From positions 4,960,001 through 5,024,000 of the forward strand of contig NC_086097.1 of assembly GCF_963921235.1 (NCBI RefSeq): a stretch of DNA of 64,000 nt, in the 5' to 3' direction. Made by a program: the position numbers and the translations under genes. Below the pieces are notes generated by a model. That model saw only the letters and a list, made by a program, of their open reading frames with translations, searched no databases and was not told the origin of the DNA. Shown here piece after piece: positions 21,041 through 32,900 of the stretch. Each line of letters starts with the position of its first letter. Positions within the stretch are counted from its first letter, which is position 1. This DNA comes from Mobula hypostoma (lineage: Eukaryota).

Positions 21041-22694
21041 TGATTCTATTATTTTATCTTTTATTTGGAATAATAAAAGACCAAGAATTAGTAAATGTCT
21101 TTTACAAAAGTTGAAAAAGGATGGAGGTCTCGTTTTGCCTAATTTAAGAATGTATTACTGGGCTGTTAATGTGCAATACATGTCCTTTTGGTTACACTGG
21201 GTTGATAAGAACGATCGGCCAATTTGGGTAGATTTGAAATTGAAAGCCGTGAAACAGTTTTATTTAACCTCGTTATTGGGAGCTGCTTTACCTATACAAT
21301 TAGCTAAAGTTGCTAATTTAGATTTATACCCTGTGATTAAGCATCCTTTGCAAAGTTGGCTCCAGTTTCGTAATCTTTTTACTCTTAAAAAATTTAAACT
21401 TTGTAGTTTAATTTATCGAAATTACTTTTGTAAGCCTTCTTTGAGTGATCCAATTTTTTTACTTTGGTAAAATAAAGGTATTAATTCTTTTCTGGATTTA
21501 TTTAAAGAAGATAGACTGATGTCTTTTGAACAATCAGTTGATAAATATTCTCTTCCATACTCACACTTATTACAATACCTTCAGGTTAGACATCTCTTAC
21601 AAAAATTTTAAGTAATTTTCCTTACATATTGGATGCCGACCTGTTAGATACTATTACGAGTTTGAACCATTTGATGAAGGGTTCCACTGGAAGAATTTAT
21701 AATTTACTATTACAATGGAATAAGCATCCTTTATTTAAAATTAAACAAGATTGGGAAAAGGAACTTAATTTGACTTTTATGACAGAGGACTGGACGCAGA
21801 TTCCGAAGTTGGTTAACTCTTTTTCGAGCTGTGTTAGTCATTAACTGATTCAATTTAAAATTGTACTTCATTACTATTTGACGAAGGAGAGATTGTCTAA
21901 AATGTTTACTAATGTTGATAGTTATTGCGATAGATGTAAAACTCAGACAGCTACACTGACACACATGTTTTGGTCCTGATCTATACTGGAACAGTTCTGG
22001 AAGTCAGTTTTTTCTACAATTTCAAAAGCACTTAAAATTAATTTACAACCTAACAAATTAACTGTGCTTTTTGGAATAATTCCTCAAAATATCCGTAGTA
22101 TCTCTTTGTACGACCAACACGTTTTTGTTACATTGATAGCTAGGAGGGCCATTTTGTTGAAGTGGCAGGGGTAAGTTTTTACACAGAGAGTGGTGAGTGC
22201 GTTGAATGGGCTGCCAGCGACGGTGGTGGAGGCAGATGCAATAGGGTCTTTTAAGAGACTCCTGGATGGATACATGGAGCTTAGAAATATAGAGAGCTAT
22301 GAGTAACCCTACATAATTTATAAAGTAAATACATGCACAGCTTTGTGGGCCGAAGGGCCTGTACTGTGCTGTAGGTTTTCTATGTTTCTATGTTTCTTCT
22401 ATTCAAGTTCAAGTTTAATTGTCATTCAGCCATACATGAATACAACCATTTGAAACAGTATTACTCTGGGGTCAAGGAGCAAAACACAGTACTAACAGTC
22501 ACACACAACACATAACACATACAGTATAATTACAATAGCAGAAAAACATATAGTTCCAAAAAAATCTGAAAGTAATAATAATATGGACAAATTGCTGAGT
22601 GTCATGGCCTGCAGATTGATGGTGCATTGATGTCCTCCTGGAGCCATGTTTCTGCAAGAACAACCCTGCATGAGTTCCTCATCTTTTTATGTTA

Positions 22695-23660
22695 TATGTC
22701 AATGATTTGATGGTGGGATTGATGGCTTTGCGGCCAAGTTTGCAGATGATACGAAGATAGATGGAGGAGCTGGTAACGTTGAGGAAGCAGATAAGCTGCA
22801 AAAAGACTTAGGTGAGGAGAATGGGCAAAGAAGTGGAAGATGGAATACAGTATCAGGAAGTGTACAATATTGCACTTTAGTAGAAGATATAGAAACATAA
22901 ACTATTTTCTAAATGGAAAGAAAATTCAAAAATCTGAGGTGTAAATGGATTTGGGAGTCCTCGAGCAGAATTCCCTAAAGGTCTATTTGCAGGTTGAGTC
23001 CTTGGTGAGGAAAACATAAACAGAGTTAGCATTCATTTTGGGTGGACTAGAATATAAAAGCAAAGATATAATGATGAAGCTCTATAAGGTGCTGGTGAGT
23101 TCTCACTTGGAGTATTGTGAGAGGTTGTGAGCCCCTTTTCTAAGAAAGGATGTGCTGACATTGGAGAGGGTTTGGAGAAGGTTCATGAAAATGACTCCAG
23201 GACTGAAAGGCTTATCATATGAGGAGTGTTTGATGGCTCTGGGCCAGTACTCACTGGAATTCAGAAGAATGAAGGATGACCTCATTGATGCCGATTGAAT
23301 GTTGAAAGGCCTTGAGAGAGTGGATGTGGTGAGAATGCTTCCTATGGTGGAGGAGCCTAAGACCAGAGGACACTACCTCAGAATAGAGGGGCATCCTTTT
23401 AAATGGAAATGAGGAGGAGTTTCTTCAGTCAGAGAGGGTGGTGAATCTGTGGAATTCTTTGCCACCGGCAGCTGTGGAGGCCAAGTCATTGGGTATATTT
23501 AAGGCAGAGATTGATAGATTCTTGATTAGTCAGGACGTGAAGGGATACAGGCAGAGGGCTGGCAGGGGAAATAGATCTGCTGTGATGGAATGATAGAACA
23601 GACTGGATGGACCAAATGGGTTAACTCTGCTGCTGTATCTTATGATCTTATGGTCTTATC
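22695..23660 (+). mobile_element. Old CR1 3' portion
   Basis: AKFADDTK, HLEYC, ERV.RRF remnants; tcttatg tail. Confidence 0.85.
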
Positions 23661-23940
23661 TTGTGCAAGTGCAGCCACAGATGAATGCAGTCCAGCTTGT
23701 CTTCCACTGAGCAAAAAACTAGAGAACAGCACCCATGGATCCAGTGGCACACATCCAGCTCGAGCATCTCCTTCCCTGAGCAGCTGGATTCATCTCATTC
23801 TTGACATTGCTCAGTCCTGTGGGGGCGTGCCTTATTCCGATTGTCTAAAGCCACTTCCGTTGTGATTGGGTAGTTTAGCGGCTGTAGATTTGCCACTTGG
23901 ATAGATGCCTGATGTCTAGTTTCAAAAATCTTGGGAATAT

Positions 23941-25420
23941 AAAGACCATAAGACCATAAGACATAAGAGTAGAATTAGGCCATTCAGACCATCGAATCTG
24001 CTCTGAAATTCCATCATGGCTGATTCCAAATACCACTCAGCCCCATAAACCTGTCTTTTCCCCATATCCTCTGATGCCCTGACCGATCAGGAAATGATTA
24101 GCTTCCACCTTAAATACATGTCTGGACTTGGCCTCCACTGCAGTCTGTGGCCGAGCATTCCACAGATTCACTACCCTCTGGCCAAAAAAAAAATCCTCTT
24201 TACCTCTGTTCTAAAGGGTCACCCCTCAATTCTGAGGCCGTGCCCTCTAGTTCTGGATACCCCCATCCTCTCCACATCGACCCATTCTAGTCTTTTCAAC
24301 ATTCGATAGGATTCAATGAGATCCGGCCGCATTCTTCAAAATTCCGGTGAGTTCAGGCCCAAAGCTGCCAAACAGTCCTCATATGTTAACCCCTTCATTC
24401 CCAGAATAATCCTCGTGAACCTCCTCTGGACTCTCTCCAATGACAACATATCCCTTCTGAGATATGGGGCCCAAAACTGTTCACAATACTGTTGACAAGT
24501 GCAGCCTGACTAGTGCCTTATAAAGGGTCAGCATTATCTCCTTGCTTTTATATTCTATTCCCCTTGAAATAAATGCCAACATTGCATTTGTCTTCTTTAC
24601 CACAGACTCAACCTGTAAATTAACCTCTGAGAGTCTTGTACAAGGACTCCTAAGTCCCTCTGCACCTCTGATGTTTGAATTTTCTCCCCATTTAGGTAAA
24701 AGTCCGCCCTATTGTTCCTTTTACCAAGATGCATTATCGTACATTTCCAAACACTGTATTCCATCTGCCAATTTTTGCCCATTCCAATTTGTCTAAGTCC
24801 TGCTAAGTTCCCCCTTCCCTCTCCTGACAGTCACCCATTTATCTGTCTGCTGTAGCCTTGGGGTGACTACCCCCCTGTCGCTCCTGTCTATCACTGCTTC
24901 ACTTTCCCTAACAAGCAGAAGGTCATCGAGCTGCAGCTCCAGTTCCTTAACATGGTCTCTAAGGAGCACCTGGTGCAGATCTGGCCATCGAGAAGGCTGG
25001 AAGTCTCTTGGAAATCCCACATCTGACACCATAACAGAACACCGGCTCTGTAGACATGCCCCTATTCTCTCTAGCATTGAATAAGAAATAAGAAATAAAC
25101 TTACCTGGACCCTGCCTGTTCTTGCCAAAGCCCTGTTTGAACCAAAGCCTTCCTACTCTGCCTCAGACTACTCTGATGACGACCGCTCCCATCATGTCCA
25201 TTCCACTAGTGGTACCTCTCTTTTATAGAGACTGGGTTTCCAGTCAAAAATCTTTGTCAGACCTGCATGGGAACGTTCCTGTTGCATCTGCACAGTACTC
25301 CCATCAGCAACTCCCATTGAGAAACTTGCTGCTTTTTTAAGCTCTTTGTTGGACCTACACGGGAATGCTCCCATTGCGTCTGCACAGTATTCCAATCAAC
25401 ACACTCCAGTAGCACGTGGA
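23941..25420 (-). mobile_element. CR1: 5' UTR/ORF1 start joined to the RT 3' end
   Basis: ORF 25128-24793 (V.ELELQLDDL..KWVTVRRGKG, ORF1-like) abuts WQMEY..KC..MHLG at ~24795; (CTTATGGT)n tail at 23941. Confidence 0.75.
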
Positions 25421-25854
25421 AGGGGCTTGTTCTCTTCTTCCTTTGTTATGCTCTGCGCACACTTTTAAATATGTTTGTTGAATATTCAGATTTGTAGTTT
25501 CTGTAACTTGGGGAACATGAATGCTTGGTCGAATTTTTACTGCTTGTGAATAAATGATTAATATGGCTATTCGCAGAGAGGGCTTTATGTACCACTTGCC
25601 AGATCCATGAACCTGATTCAACATCAAATGCTCTTTAATCTTTGGACACATCTACCTGGACACCTGGCCATGCTGTGGAACACGCTTCCCACATCTCTCC
25701 GTTTCCACTCCTGGTCCCATAGTTGAGCAGAGGATTTACCACTAATTAACAGCAAGACTGGTCTATTTGCAGTAGTTATATGGCACTTAATATCGGTCAC
25801 AGCACGCCCCTGCTTAAAGGAGCTTTTTCTTCACATACCACTACAACTTAGATC

Positions 25855-26416
25855 CATTGGATCTTGGAGTCCAAGCCTATAGCTCCATTAAAGATGGCAC
25901 ATAATTTCATAGAGTAGCAAAGAAACCATAAGGGATGCTGATCTTCATTGGTTGACGCACTGAGTTACTGAGTTCAAGAGTTAGAAAGATAAGCTACAAC
26001 TTTATAAAGTTCTGAATGGCCAATGAACCCATGTACACTATTCACAATAAATCTATTGAATATTGAAAGGCCTCGATAGAGTGGATGTGGAGAGGATGTT
26101 TCCTATAGCGGGTGAGCCTAGGACCAGAAGACACAGCCTCAGAATAGAGAGATGTCTATTTAGAATGAAAATGAGGAGGAATTTCTTTAGCTAGAGGGTG
26201 GTGAATTCGTTGCCACAGGTGGGTGTGGAGGTCAAGTCTTTGAGTATATTTAAAACAGAAGCTGATGTGTTCTTGATAAGTCAGGGTGTCAAAGGTTACA
26301 GGGGGAAGGCAGAAGAATGCGGTTCAGAAGGATAATAAATCAGCTGTAATGGAATGGTAGTATGGACTTGATGGACTGAATGGCCTAATTTTGCTCCTGT
26401 ATCTTATTAGCTTATA
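25855..26416 (+). mobile_element. Old CR1 3' fragments
   Basis: SRTR.HSLRI..RRNFFS.RVVN remnants and CR1 tail. Confidence 0.75.
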
Positions 26417-26930
26417 CACACAAGACGTTGACGAAAATATGTCTACTAAATCAGGTACAGTTAATTGGCAAAGTGTACCTGGTTCAACTTAAATTATATA
26501 AAATATCTCAAGCATTTTCAGTCCCACCTACAGCAGATTTGTGCTTTGAAATGAACGATGATTGCTTTTGAATTCCTCTTCAATTCTGTTTCAAAATTGC
26601 CCATGATTGCACAGATCTTTTAATGAGTTTGTGGGATTATGCAGTTCAGCAATGAGTTTGTGGGATTATGCAGTTCAGCACTGAGTTTGATTTCATCTGC
26701 ACAACAGTTAAGACATTTTAACTGCCTTTAATATTTAATTAATATCACTTATTTTAAATGAGAAATGTTGATGTAAATTGCAAAGAATATTAACTGTGGG
26801 AGAAGGTTTATCATGATACCTAATCAATGTCTGTAATTGCCATTTGAAATTACCGGGGGAATGCTGTCAATGATCAGCCCTGTATTTGCCCACTGTTTTA
26901 GGGACTGCTCGTGTGTTTGTTGTTAACTGG
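26417..26930 (+). repeat. Left arm of a long-range inverted repeat (non-coding, unclassified)
   Basis: Reverse complement aligns by eye with 45935-46652, including 40-bp and 30-bp identical runs. Confidence 0.9.
26622..26689. repeat. 29-bp tandem duplication (~2.3 copies)
   Basis: aatgagtttgtgggattatgcagttcagc x2; a single copy in the partner arm. Confidence 0.9.
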
Positions 26931-26972
26931 CCCTGTTGATGAGCAAGTGAGGAGGATATGAACATGTATAAT

Positions 26973-27053
26973 CAGGGGTTCCCATTCTTATTCATGCCAT
27001 GCAACCTCTATAATTACCTGAGAGGTTCGTGGATCGCAGGTTGGGGACGTCTG
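26973..27053. mobile_element. Small hAT-like MITE
   Basis: Imperfect TIRs caggggttccca / tggggacgtctg; no clean TSD. Confidence 0.5.
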
Positions 27054-27920
27054 TTTGATGGTTGGCATGCATTTAGTGGGCCGAATGGCCTGTTTCTATG
27101 CCAAATGAATCCATGACAGATCTTTTCACATAGCTACAAATTATATGTTATATCAACTATTCATAGATGTCCTATGCACTGCAATTACTTATGAAGAAAC
27201 TGTGGCCAAACTAGCATTATGTACAACAATTCAATCCAAGAAGAGTTGACGGAAAGGCGGATGATAGTGTTGAAGAGGAGGTGGCTGGTTTACAAACAGG
27301 GGTGATGTGTAGAAAGGAGAGGCTGTTGACAGGGCAATGCTGCAGTCAAAAGGATTAGCTCCAAAGTAAAACGCAGACAAAATCAAAAAGGGTGAATATA
27401 GGACTGAAGGTGTTGCATTTGAATGTGCGCAGTATATGGAATAAGGTAGATGAACCTGCAGCACAGTTGCAGATTGGCAGGTATGATCTTGAAGGCATCA
27501 CTGAATCATGGCTGAAAGATGATAAATGGGAGCCTAAAGTCCAAAGATACACATTGTATAAGAAGGATAGGCAGGAAGGCAGAGAGGGCGGTACTGCTCT
27601 GTTGGTAAAAAATAAAATCATATCATTAGAAAGAAGCGACATAGGGTCAGAAGATGTTGAATCATTGTGGGTAGAGCTAAGGAACTGCAAGGGTAAAAAG
27701 ACCTTGATGGGAGTTGTATACAGACACCTAATCAGTAGTAAGGATGGGGCCAATGAATTACAACAGGAGATAGAAAATCCATGCCAAGGGATCCGGTGAC
27801 ATCATCATCCAGAATGGCAGCTTAAATCAATAGCTCCTCCAGAAAAATGCATATATTGCCCCGTTAATCCATCAAATATAAGATCTTTCGAAAATATCTG
27901 AATTGATAAGGGGGGCAAGA

Positions 27921-28863
27921 ATGGGGAGAAAGAATGGAGATTAAAAAAGCTTCACTGCGGAGCCTATGGACGGGAAGGGTACAACGCGCGGCTCTCCTAC
28001 CCAAACGCGTGCTAGCGAGGCTGACGATGGGCAAATATGATAAAAATTCTGGAAGAGATATGGGGATTCCGAAAAGATATAAAATAGCAACTCAATGATA
28101 TCAAGTCAGAGCTCGCCAACGTCAATCAGAAAATAGCAGTGGCAGAGACTCGAATTGAGAAGGTGGAAGATCGCGTGCAAAATGTGGAACGGATACTAAG
28201 TAAGACGATAAAAATATTAAATCAACAAGAAAGTAAACTGATTGACCAAGAGGGAAGATCACGATGCAAAAATATCAGGATATACAATGTTCCCGAAGGA
28301 GTGGAGAATTTGTCTATGATGGAGTTTGTAGGAAAGTTGCTGCGGGATGCGCTAGCGATTCCCTCCACTATGGAGTTGAAATTGAGAGGGTGCATTGTGC
28401 GCTTATCCCAAGGCCTACTGGAGATAGAGAAGATAAGCCACACTCAATAATAATTAGACTCCTTCGATATAATACCAAGGCGGAGATTCTATGAAGGGCC
28501 TGGGTAAGAAGAGGGAGTTTTTGGATGGGAAATTAATATATTTCGATCAAGATTACCCCTCAGCGGTCCTGCAGAAACGTAAAGAATACTCTGCAGTAAA
28601 GCGAATATTAAAGCAAAGAAAAATTAAGATTCCAAACTCCGTACCCTGCTAAACTGAAGGCGCTTTATGAAGATGGTATGCAACTGTATCAGACAGTGGA
28701 AGAGGTGTCTACAGACATGAGGAACAGAGGGCTGCCCGTCAGCGTGATCAAACCGAGGGAAAGCCTGACTGAGCAGTTATCCCGATCTGCTTGGGAAATA
28801 GTAAGAGAACTGAGAAAGCAGGGGATGGGAGGAGGGCGAGAGAATATCAGGAAAAGACTGTGA
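27921..28863 (+). pseudogene. L1 ORF1 remnant
   Basis: Coiled coil followed by EGRSR.KNIRIYNVPEG.E, IERVH, IYFDQDY, YPAKL motifs; stops and frameshifts. Confidence 0.88.
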
Positions 28864-29028
28864 GTTTTCCAAACCCCCTCCAGAAGAGCCATAAGGTTTG
28901 GCTAACCTTAGAAGTGTTGATAAGATAAACGGAAGCAAAAATAGACGATGCTATACCTATTTCAAGAAATACTTATTATAATGTGGATTTTATATTACTC
29001 AATTTTTTTTTATTCATTCATTCACTCC

Positions 29029-29593
29029 TTTCTATGTTTCTATGTTGGTCCCCTAATCTGAGGAAAGACATCCTTGCCAGAGAGGAGTGTAAAGAAGGTT
29101 CACCAGATTGATTCCTGGGATGGCAGGACTTTCATATGATGAAAGACTGGATCGACTAGGCTTATACTCATTGGAATTTAGAAGATTGAGGGGGGATCTT
29201 ATTGAAACGTATAAAATTCTAAAGGGATTGGACAGGCTAGATGCAAGAAGATTGTTCCCGATGTTGAGGAAGTCCAGAACGAGGGGTCACAGTCTGAGGA
29301 TAAAAGGGAAGCCTTTTAGGACCGAGATGAGGAAAAACTTCTTCACACAGAGAGTGGTGAATCTGTGGAATTCTCTGCCACAGGAAACAGTTGAGGCCAG
29401 TTCATTGGCTATATTTAAGAGGGAGTTAGATATGGCCCTTGTGGCTAAAGGGATCAGGGGTTATGGAGAGAAGGCAGGTCTGGGGTTCTGAATTGGATGA
29501 TTGGCCATGATCATACTGAATGGCGGTGCAGGCTCGAAGGGCCAAATGGCCTACTCCTGCACCTATTTTCTATGTTTCTATGTTTCTATGTTT
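29029..29593 (+). mobile_element. Young CR1 3' fragment in the L1 inter-ORF spacer
   Basis: ORF 29108-29491 nearly identical to the C-terminus of 12386-11256; (TTTCTATG)n at both ends. Confidence 0.93.
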
Positions 29594-29914
29594 TCCCCAC
29601 CTAAATGAGAATATATATATATGGGAGGAATACACAGGGAAATCTTTTTTGTGTAATGGATATAGACTTGTTCACTCACTTTTATGGGTACTGTAATGGG
29701 GGTCCCCAACCCACAGGGAAAAGGGGCTATCCCCCACGGCTAGACGTTTCCTCCAGCTCAACCCAGGGTCATCTACTAGAGACCTCAGCCTTGCAACCAC
29801 AACTTCGTTGCCTTTTTTAAAATTATTCGCGTTTCTTGGTTCTTATTTGCTCAGGGAATAGATCGATTAAGTTTTATTCTGCTAATTTCAGTGATATATT
29901 GACAGATAAATACA

Positions 29915-32900
29915 ATGGCTAAGGACAAAGTAAAATTCATTTCTTTTAATGTCAATGGGCTGTTAAATCCAATCAAACGCAGTAAAATTCTAACCAAAAT
30001 AAAAAAAAGAACAAGCCCATGTAGTATATTCGCAGGAAACTCACTTAAGTGATATTGAGCATGGAAAATTAAAGAGAATGGGCTTCACTAATTTGTTTTT
30101 CTCCTCATATAAATCAGGACATAGGAGAGGAGTTGCTATTCTTATCTCAAGTAAGCTAAATATTGAAAAAGTATTCAAAGTGGGAGATAAGGAGGGCTGA
30201 TATATACTGGTAAGGTGGATATAGATGGAAATTCAGTTACTCTATTGAATATATATGCACCCCCAGGATGATATTAGTTTCCTCCAGAAAATTACTAATA
30301 TTACACTCATTATTCTGCCCCCATTCCGTATATACAAGAATAGACTATTTCATAACATTTGGAAAAGATAAAGACAAAATAAACACCTGTGGAATTGGGA
30401 CAATAGATGTAAGTGACCATGCACCCTATATATTTATCTGTTGATTTTGACCTACAACCGAAGAATACTATTTGGAAACTTAATTCAAATCTACTCAATA
30501 ATGCCTATTTTAAGGAACAAATTAAAAAAAGAAATTGGTCTTTACTTTGAATTTAATGATAATGGAGAGGTTTCACCTATCATTCTATGGGATACTCTGA
30601 AGGCTGTCCTAAGAGGGAAAATTATAGCGATATCTTCATATAAGAAAAAAATAAGGAATAAAACATTAGAGGAATTACAAAATAGGCTGAAGGAACTAGA
30701 AAAAAAACACAAATTTAATTTGGCACAGGATACATTAGAGGAAGTTAAAAGAATTACGAATGAAATTGATAGTTTGGCTACGCAAGAAATCAGGAAAAAT
30801 TTAATGTTTCTGAAACAGAGACACTATGAAAGTGGATCTAAGTCGATGAAGATACTGGCATGGAAAATGAAGAAAAAGATAGTATAGAACAATGACTGCT
30901 GACATAATTGAAGTTGAAATAAAAACTGCAATTAGTAGGCTTAAATTAAGCAAGTCACCAGGTTCAGATGGATATACGGCAGAGTGGTACCAAGAATTTA
31001 AAAATGAGTTCATTCCTGTCTTACTCCCCACACTGAACTGGGCTCTTAAGAAAGGCACAAATGCCCCCCAGCTGGAAGGAGGCGATAATCTCAGCTACAC
31101 CGAGCGAAGGCAAGGATAAAATGGAATGTGGGTCATTTAGACCAATATCCGTTCTTAATGTAGATTATAGATTATTTACCTCCATCATAGCCAAACCATT
31201 AGAAGAGTGTCTATCCATACTGATACATAAGGATCAGACAGGTTTTATACAACAACGCCAAACACAGGACAATATATGAAGGACACTTCACATTATGGAT
31301 CATATACAAAAAAATAAAATCGAAGCAATAGTGATAAGTGTGCACATTGAAAAGGCATTGATTTGGTTAATTGGAATTTTCTTTACAGAATTTTACGTAG
31401 ATTTGGTTTCCATGACACAATAATTAAAAATATACAGGCACTCTATGACAATCCAACTGCTAGGATTAAAATCAATGGATATTTATCAAACAGAAACATA
31501 GAAAATAGGTGCAGGAGTAGGCCATTCGGCCCTTCGAGACTGCACTGCCATTCAGTATGATCATGGCTGATCAACCAATTCAGAATCCTGTACCTGCTTT
31601 CTCTCCATACACCCTGATCCCTTGAGCCACAAAGGCCATATCTAACTCCCTCTTAAGTATAGCCAATGAACTGGCCTCAACTGTTTCCTGTGGCAAAGAA
31701 TTCCATAGATTCACCACTCTCTGTGTGATGAAGTTTTTCTTCATCTCGGTCCTAAAAGGCTTCCCCTTTATCCTCAAACTGTGACCCCTCATTCTGGACT
31801 TCCCCAACATAGGGAACAATCTTCCTGCATCTAGCCTGTCCAATCCCTTTAGAATTTTATACGTGTCAGTAAGACCCCCCTCAATCTTCTAAATTCCAGC
31901 GAGTATAAGCCTAGTCGATCCAGTCTTTCTTCATACGAAAGTACTGCCATCCCAGGAATCAATCTGGCGAACCTGCTTTGTACTCTCTCTATGGCAAGAA
32001 TGTCTTTCCTCGGATTAGGGGACCAAAACTGCATACAATACTCCAGGTGTGGTCTCACCAAGGCCTTGTACAACTGCAGGAGAACCTCCCTGCTCCTGTA
32101 CTCAAATCCTCTTGCTATGAATGCCAGCATACCATTCGTCTTTTTCACCGCCTGCTGTACCTGCATGCCCACTTTCAATGACTGGTGTACAATGACACCC
32201 AGGTCTCGTTGCACCTCCCCTTTTCCTAATCTGCCACCATTCAGATAATAATCTGTTTTCCTGTTTTTGCCACCAAAGTGGATAACTTCACATTTATCCA
32301 CATTAAATTTCGTCCGCCATGAATTTGCCCACTCATCTAACCTATCCAAGTCACCCTGCATCCTCTTAGCATCCTCCTCACTGCTAACACTGCCACCCAG
32401 CTTCGTGTGATCCGTAAACTTGGAGATGCTGCATTTAATTCCCTCGTCTAAATCATTAATATATATTGTAAACAACTGGGGTCCCAGCACTGAGCCTTGT
32501 GGTACCCCACTAGTCACTGCCTGCCATTCTGAAAAGGTCCCGTTTATTCCCACTCTTTGCTTCTTGTCTGCCAACCAATTTTCTATCCACATCAATACCA
32601 TACCCCCAATACCGTGTGCTTTAAGTTTGCACACTAATCTCCTGTGTGGGACCCTGTCAAAAGCCTTTTGAAAATCCAAATATACCACATCCACTGTTTC
32701 ACCCCTATTCACTCTACTAGTTACATCCTCAAAAAATTCTATAAGATTCGTCAGACATGATTTTCCCTTCACAAATTCATGCTGACTTTGTCCAATGATT
32801 TCACTGCTTTCCAAATGTGCTGTTACCACATCTTTGATAACTGACTCTAGCATTTTCCCCACCACTGATATCAGGCTAACCGGTCTATAATGCCCTGGTT

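Larger units (their letters stand above)
17671..22165 (-). mobile_element. 5'-truncated L1 with 5' inversion; 15-bp TSD
   Basis: TSD caggggtaagttttt at 17656-17670 and 22166-22180. 17671-18111 is the ORF2 C-terminus and UTR (minus); 18112-22165 is upstream ORF2 on plus (GGL.LPNL..YYWA; CDRC....TLTHMFW). Confidence 0.88.
16990..22395 (+). mobile_element. CR1 LINE 3' portion (16990-17670 and 22166-22395) split by an L1
   Basis: ORFs 17000-17302 and 17315-17731 (RPHLEYC.QFWS); GDVRGKFF resumes as TQRVV after 22180; TTTCTATG tail. Confidence 0.92.

Noticed and set aside
25760..25830. Inverted similarity to 23820-23855 (ggggcgtgc..ccgat..gcca)
   Set aside because: Too short, and it does not extend.
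26622..26689. CRISPR-like 29-bp repeat
   Set aside because: No spacers, ~2 copies, eukaryotic context.
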